Positions 16,680 through 20,484 of a stretch of DNA of 20,484 nucleotides are shown piece by piece. The DNA is from Gemmatimonadota bacterium (GTDB lineage Bacteria > Gemmatimonadota > Gemmatimonadetes > Longimicrobiales > RSA9): assembly GCA_040905425.1 (NCBI GenBank), contig JBBDRO010000031.1, positions 1 to 20,484 of the forward strand, written 5' to 3'. Every line of letters starts with the position of its first letter. The stretch's first letter is position 1. The position numbers and the translations under genes are program-made. Under the pieces are notes generated by a model. The model was not told where the DNA came from. It saw nothing but the letters and a program-made list of their open reading frames with translations, and searched no databases.

Positions 16680-17774
16680 ATGCGCCTCACCTTCTTCGGC
16701 TCATCACTGGTATCCACCTACCGCAACGGCGCGGCCTCCTATTATCGCGGCCTGCTGGCGGCACTGGCCGACCTGGGCCACGACATCGTGTTCTGCGAGC
16801 CGGCGGACGCCGAGCGGGAAGCCCACCGTGACCTCACTCAGGACCCGCCCTACGCACGGGTGACGGTCTACGGTAGTGAGGCCGAACGAGACACGTTGGT
16901 GCGCACGGCGCTCGAGGAGAGTGACTGGGTTCTCAAGTGCAGCCGGGTGGGCACATGGGACGCCGAGCTGGAATGGGCCATCTCCCGGCTCAAGGGCCGG
17001 GCCCGAACCGCCTACTGGGACATGGAAGCTCCGGCCACCCTGGCCAGGCTGGCCGCGGACCCGCGTGATCCGCTGCGGGACGCCCTGCCCCGCTTCGACC
17101 GCGTCTTCACCTACGGCGGCGGCCCGCGCGTGGTGGACGGCTACACCAGCGTGGGGGCGCGGGCCTGCACGCCGATCTACAACGGGCTCGACCCGCGCGT
17201 GCACCACGTGCCTGAGCCCCTGCCCGAAGTGCGCTGGGATGTGCTCTTCATGGGCAATCGCCATCCCGACCGGGAGGAGCGCGTGGCGGAGTTCTTCTTC
17301 GGGGCGGCCGGCAAGGCACCGGAGGCGCGCTTCGCTCTGGCCGGCGCCGGGTGGGAGGGCGTGTCCATGGCGGACAACGTGGAGTACCTCGGCCACGTGC
17401 CACCCGCCGAGCACAACCGGGTGAACCGCACCGCGCGCCTGGTCCTGAACGTCCACCGGCAATCCATGGTGGAGAGCGGGTGGTCACCGGCCACGCGCAT
17501 GTTCGAGGCGGCGGGCGCGGCGGCCTGCCAGATCACGGACCCGTGGCGCGGACTGAATGAGTTCTTCGCCCGCGGCAAGGAAATTTTGGTGGCCGAGAGC
17601 GGGGCCGAGGTGGCCCGCCTGATGCGCGACATCGGGGCGGAGCGGGCGGCCTCCATCGGCTGGGCCGCCGCACGCCGCGCGCTGACGGAGCACACGTACG
17701 ACCGGCGCGCCGCGCAGGTGGCTGCGCTGCTCGGCCAGGAAGCCCGTGAGGCGCGCCCACTGGAGGTGGTCTGA
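16680..17774 (+). CDS. CgeB-family glycosyltransferase
   Basis: MRLTFFGSSLVS.Y.NG.A.YYRGLL, YWDMEAPATL, TYGGGP, PIYNGLDP, GNRHPDREERV.EFF, LNVHR.SM, SPATRMFEAAG, HTYDRRA; GGAG RBS before ATG 16680. Confidence 0.9.
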   Translation: MRLTFFGSSLVSTYRNGAASYYRGLLAALADLGHDIVFCEPADAEREAHRDLTQDPPYARVTVYGSEAERDTLVRTALEESDWVLKCSRVGTWDAELEWAISRLKGRARTAYWDMEAPATLARLAADPRDPLRDALPRFDRVFTYGGGPRVVDGYTSVGARACTPIYNGLDPRVHHVPEPLPEVRWDVLFMGNRHPDREERVAEFFFGAAGKAPEARFALAGAGWEGVSMADNVEYLGHVPPAEHNRVNRTARLVLNVHRQSMVESGWSPATRMFEAAGAAACQITDPWRGLNEFFARGKEILVAESGAEVARLMRDIGAERAASIGWAAARRALTEHTYDRRAAQVAALLGQEAREARPLEVV

Positions 17775-17821
17775 GTCGGCCACCCGCGCAAGAAAATGCT
17801 GGACCGGAAGCACCCTTTGCA

Positions 17822-17838
17822 TTACCTTGGAGAGGTAA
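17822..17838. promoter_or_regulatory. Operator-like palindrome TTACCT-N5-AGGTAA
   Basis: Perfect 6-bp dyad inside a locally AT-rich intergenic patch; regulator unknown. Confidence 0.35.
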
Positions 17839-17856
17839 AGTGGCAGTAGCGCGAGG

Positions 17857-17885
17857 AGGCGCGGGCGGACAGCCCGCGCCTTTTT
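17857..17885 (+). terminator. Rho-independent terminator
   Basis: AGGCGCGGGC-ggaca-GCCCGCGCCT followed by a T run. Confidence 0.8.
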
Positions 17886-17969
17886 ACATGCCGCTCAGGG
17901 TCTGCGGACAGGGCCCATCCGGACGGCGGCGTCCCGGTCATCAACGCTGATCGTATCGGAGAGTGCACC

Positions 17970-19253
17970 GTGAGTAGTTCATCGACGACCCCGGATCAAC
18001 TCCGCACCCCGGCCCGCCGCCGGTCGCCGACCCGTGCGCCCACACAGCGGCGTGCCCCCGACGCAGCCCAACCGGCCCCGCGCCCCACCCCGCTCCGCCT
18101 GCTCATCACCACCGACGCGGTGGGTGGCGTCTGGGACTACACGGCCTCGCTGGCGCGCGTACTCTGGTCGCGCGGCGTGGAGGTCTTCGTGGGCGTGCTC
18201 GGCACGCCGCGGCGCGCGCACCTGGCTTCCCTCGGCCCGCAGATTCCCTGGAGCGCGGCACCCTTCCACCTGGACTGGATGCCAGGGGGGGTGGAGGACG
18301 TGCGCACCGCCCGCGAGTGGGTGCGCTGGCTGGCCCAGGAGTGGCGCGCCGACGTGGTGCACGTCAACCAGCTGGCACTGGCGGGTGATCTGGGCCGCCC
18401 CACGCTGGTGGTCTCCCACGGGGATCCCTTCTCCTGGTGGCGGGAGGTGCACGGCAACACGCCGCCGGACGCGTGGACCCGCTTCGGCGACCTGGTGGCC
18501 GAGAGCCTGCTCCACACGGACCTGCTGGTGGCGCCCACGCGCTACCAGTCGGAGCTGCTCGGCAGTTCGTACGCCCGCCGGGCTGACCGCGTGATCCACA
18601 ACGGCGTGGCCATTCCCGAGCCGCCCGCTGAGGGGCGGCCGCGGCGCTGGCTACCGCCGGGGGCCCGCCAGACGAACGGCCCCGTGCGGGATCCGCACCG
18701 GATCGTCACGGTGGGCCGGGCCTGGGATCTCGCCAAGGGCATGGACGTGGTCGAGCAGGCTCTGGCGCTGCTCGGCCATGACGCGCCGGACGCCCACCTG
18801 GTGGGTGAAATCCACGGCCCCGCCGGCGAGCGCTTCGAGCCCCGGCGGCTGCGCGCCGAGGGGCGGCTCGGCCGCCGCGGCGTGAACCGCTGGATGCAGC
18901 GCTCCGGAATCTACGTATCCGCATCCCGCTACGAGCCGTTTGGCCTGGCTCCCCTCGAGGCGGCGCTGCATCGCTGCCGCCTGGTGCTCAGTGACATCGG
19001 CTCCCATCGCGAGTTGTGGGACGGCTGCGCGGAGTTCTTCCCATCGGGAGACGCGGCGGCGCTGGCCAGCGTGCTCCAGGATATCTTCGAGATCCCCGCG
19101 CACCGCCACGCCACGCCCGAGCGCGCGGTGCAGCGGGCCGTCCGCCGCTACGGCCTGGAGGGGATGGCGGACGCGTACGTCACCGCCTACGCCGAACTGG
19201 CCAATCGGCCGCTCTCCGAACTCCGCAGGGACGCCGCGCTGGAAGCGCACTGA
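17970..19253 (+). CDS. Glycosyltransferase family 4 (GT-B)
   Basis: LLITTDAVGGVWDY, DVVHVN, VIHNG, VGRAWD.AKG, EX7E motif SRYEPFGLAPLEAA, LVLSDI; GTG start after GGAG, start position somewhat uncertain. Confidence 0.92.
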   Translation: MSSSSTTPDQLRTPARRRSPTRAPTQRRAPDAAQPAPRPTPLRLLITTDAVGGVWDYTASLARVLWSRGVEVFVGVLGTPRRAHLASLGPQIPWSAAPFHLDWMPGGVEDVRTAREWVRWLAQEWRADVVHVNQLALAGDLGRPTLVVSHGDPFSWWREVHGNTPPDAWTRFGDLVAESLLHTDLLVAPTRYQSELLGSSYARRADRVIHNGVAIPEPPAEGRPRRWLPPGARQTNGPVRDPHRIVTVGRAWDLAKGMDVVEQALALLGHDAPDAHLVGEIHGPAGERFEPRRLRAEGRLGRRGVNRWMQRSGIYVSASRYEPFGLAPLEAALHRCRLVLSDIGSHRELWDGCAEFFPSGDAAALASVLQDIFEIPAHRHATPERAVQRAVRRYGLEGMADAYVTAYAELANRPLSELRRDAALEAH

Positions 19254-19299
19254 GACGCACGAACATTGTCTGAACGCCGCCGTGCCCCGAGCTTGGGGC

Positions 19300-20034
19300 A
19301 TGTCGGAACTCACGGAGCGGTACCGCGCCGCCCGCAAGGACGATGACCTGGTGGTGCTGGAGGGGCTGCACGCCCTGAAGCACGCCCTCCGCTTCGGAGC
19401 GGAGATCCTGCACGCCGCAACGGCCAACCCCGACGCGCTGGAGGTGCTGGCCAGCCGCCTTTGCCCCGACCTCCGCGAGCGCATGCTGGCGCTGGCGGAG
19501 CCGGTGGATGCCATGCTCTTCCGCACGCTGGCGCCGGTGCCGCCGGATACCGGCGTGATGGCGCTGGCGCGCCGGCCGCCGACGGATCCGGCGGCCGCGC
19601 TGGATGCCGCTGGTCCGGAGCCGGTGGTGCTGCTCGAGGAACCGTCGCATCCGGGCAACGTGGGCGCGGCTGTGCGGGTGGCGGCCGCCGCCGGGGCGGC
19701 GGGGTTCCTGGTGCTGGGCATGCTCGACCCCTGGCGGCCGGCGGCCGTGCGCGGCGGTGCCGGGCTGCAGTTCGCGCTGCCCACGTGCCGCCTAGCACGC
19801 CTCCCGCCGCATACGCGCCCGCTCGTGGCGGTGACCGCGGACGGGGAGCCGCTGCGGCCAGGCACACTGCCGGCAGGGGCGCTGCTGGCCTTCGGCTCCG
19901 AGCGCCGGGGGCTCTCGCCCGAGTTGCGGCAGGCGGCCGCGCTGACGGTGGGGATTCCCATGCGGGAAGGAGTATCGAGCCTGAACCTGGCCACGGCCGT
20001 GGCCGTGGCGCTCTACATGGGAGGGGGGAGTTGA
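19300..20034 (+). CDS. TrmH/SpoU-family (SPOUT) RNA 2'-O-methyltransferase
   Basis: VVLEG, LLEEPSHPGNVGAAVR, FGSERRGLS, IPMREGVSSLNLATAVAVALY; start at internal ATG 19300 of ORF 18940..20034. Confidence 0.92.
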   Translation: MSELTERYRAARKDDDLVVLEGLHALKHALRFGAEILHAATANPDALEVLASRLCPDLRERMLALAEPVDAMLFRTLAPVPPDTGVMALARRPPTDPAAALDAAGPEPVVLLEEPSHPGNVGAAVRVAAAAGAAGFLVLGMLDPWRPAAVRGGAGLQFALPTCRLARLPPHTRPLVAVTADGEPLRPGTLPAGALLAFGSERRGLSPELRQAAALTVGIPMREGVSSLNLATAVAVALYMGGGS

Positions 20035-20064
20035 GCGCGCCCGGCGGCGCACTCCCTCAGGCGG

Positions 20065-20262
20065 CTAGGCCGCTTCGGTGGCGCCCCGGCGTTGTTTCTC
20101 CGCGGCGAAGCAGGATGGGCAGTAGGGGCGGCCGCCGGACACGGACACCACGCCGTCATCCTTGAGCCACACGGCCTCGTGCTCGCGGATGTAGTCACCA
20201 CAGGAACCCTGGCAGGCGTACTCCATCACGCCGCACACCGAGATCCGCACACCTTCGGTCAT
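20065..20262 (-). CDS. Small (65 aa) putative zinc-binding protein
   Basis: ATG 20262 preceded by GAGGAGAGGT; CQGSC...YCPSC Cys pairs; G/C-rich third codon positions. Confidence 0.72.
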   Translation of the reverse strand: MTEGVRISVCGVMEYACQGSCGDYIREHEAVWLKDDGVVSVSGGRPYCPSCFAAEKQRRGATEAA

Positions 20263-20421
20263 ACCTCTCCTCACCTGCTATCGGGACGCCTCACGGGGCG
20301 CTGGAAATGTGTCGATCTGTCGGCCGCCGCCATCCCGGAGGATCGACGCCGGCACCCCGGTAGATAGCAACGATCGGACCACATTCACGTGTACCGGCGA
20401 ACCCCGCCCGGCCCGGCGTGC

Positions 20422-20484
20422 GCTCAGCCCGCTCAGCCCGCTCAGCCCGCTCAGCCCGCTCAGCCCGCTCAGCCCGCTCAGCCC
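20422..20484. repeat. Perfect tandem repeat (GCTCAGCCC) x7, truncated by the window end
   Basis: Seven exact 9-bp units counted directly. Confidence 0.97.

Noticed and set aside
17817..17841. Sigma70 promoter TTGCAT...TAAAGT
   Set aside because: The spacer is only 13 nt, too short for a canonical promoter.
13990..19299. Long N-terminal extensions in the ORF track (13990, 16146, 18940 starts)
   Set aside because: They overlap upstream genes in other frames; family homology starts at internal ATGs 14479, 16680 and 19300.
20422..20484. Possible CRISPR array
   Set aside because: 9-bp units with no spacers and no cas genes in the window.
1..20484. Mobile elements, tRNA/rRNA, anti-phage defence genes
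   Set aside because: No transposase, integrase, structural RNA or defence-family motif was recognised, and composition looks uniform.

Overview
GC-rich (roughly 70%+ by eye) bacterial DNA, densely coding and mostly on the + strand. It is from a diderm, since it encodes an Omp85 barrel; the gene content suggests Gemmatimonadota, which is an inference. Left part: speA, a DUF192 lipoprotein, a Gly/Ala-rich membrane protein and a minus-strand SET-domain methyltransferase. The centre (about 3910-11712) is the most interesting part. It is a co-directional four-gene block: a secreted acidic beta-propeller, a DUF4956 membrane protein, an Omp85-barrel protein with an N-terminal atypical-kinase-like domain, and a polyphosphate kinase 1 fused to degenerate CYTH and NUDIX-like domains. 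This looks like a candidate trans-envelope polyphosphate synthesis/export/utilisation system. Next come a DUF389 pseudogene (in-frame TGA plus an apparent large internal deletion), a membrane-embedded spermidine-synthase-like protein, an SDR, a lipoprotein isoaspartyl peptidase/asparaginase, two glycosyltransferases, a TrmH methyltransferase and a small Cys4 protein. A 9-bp tandem repeat runs off the right edge. All family calls come from motif recognition by eye; no searches were run.
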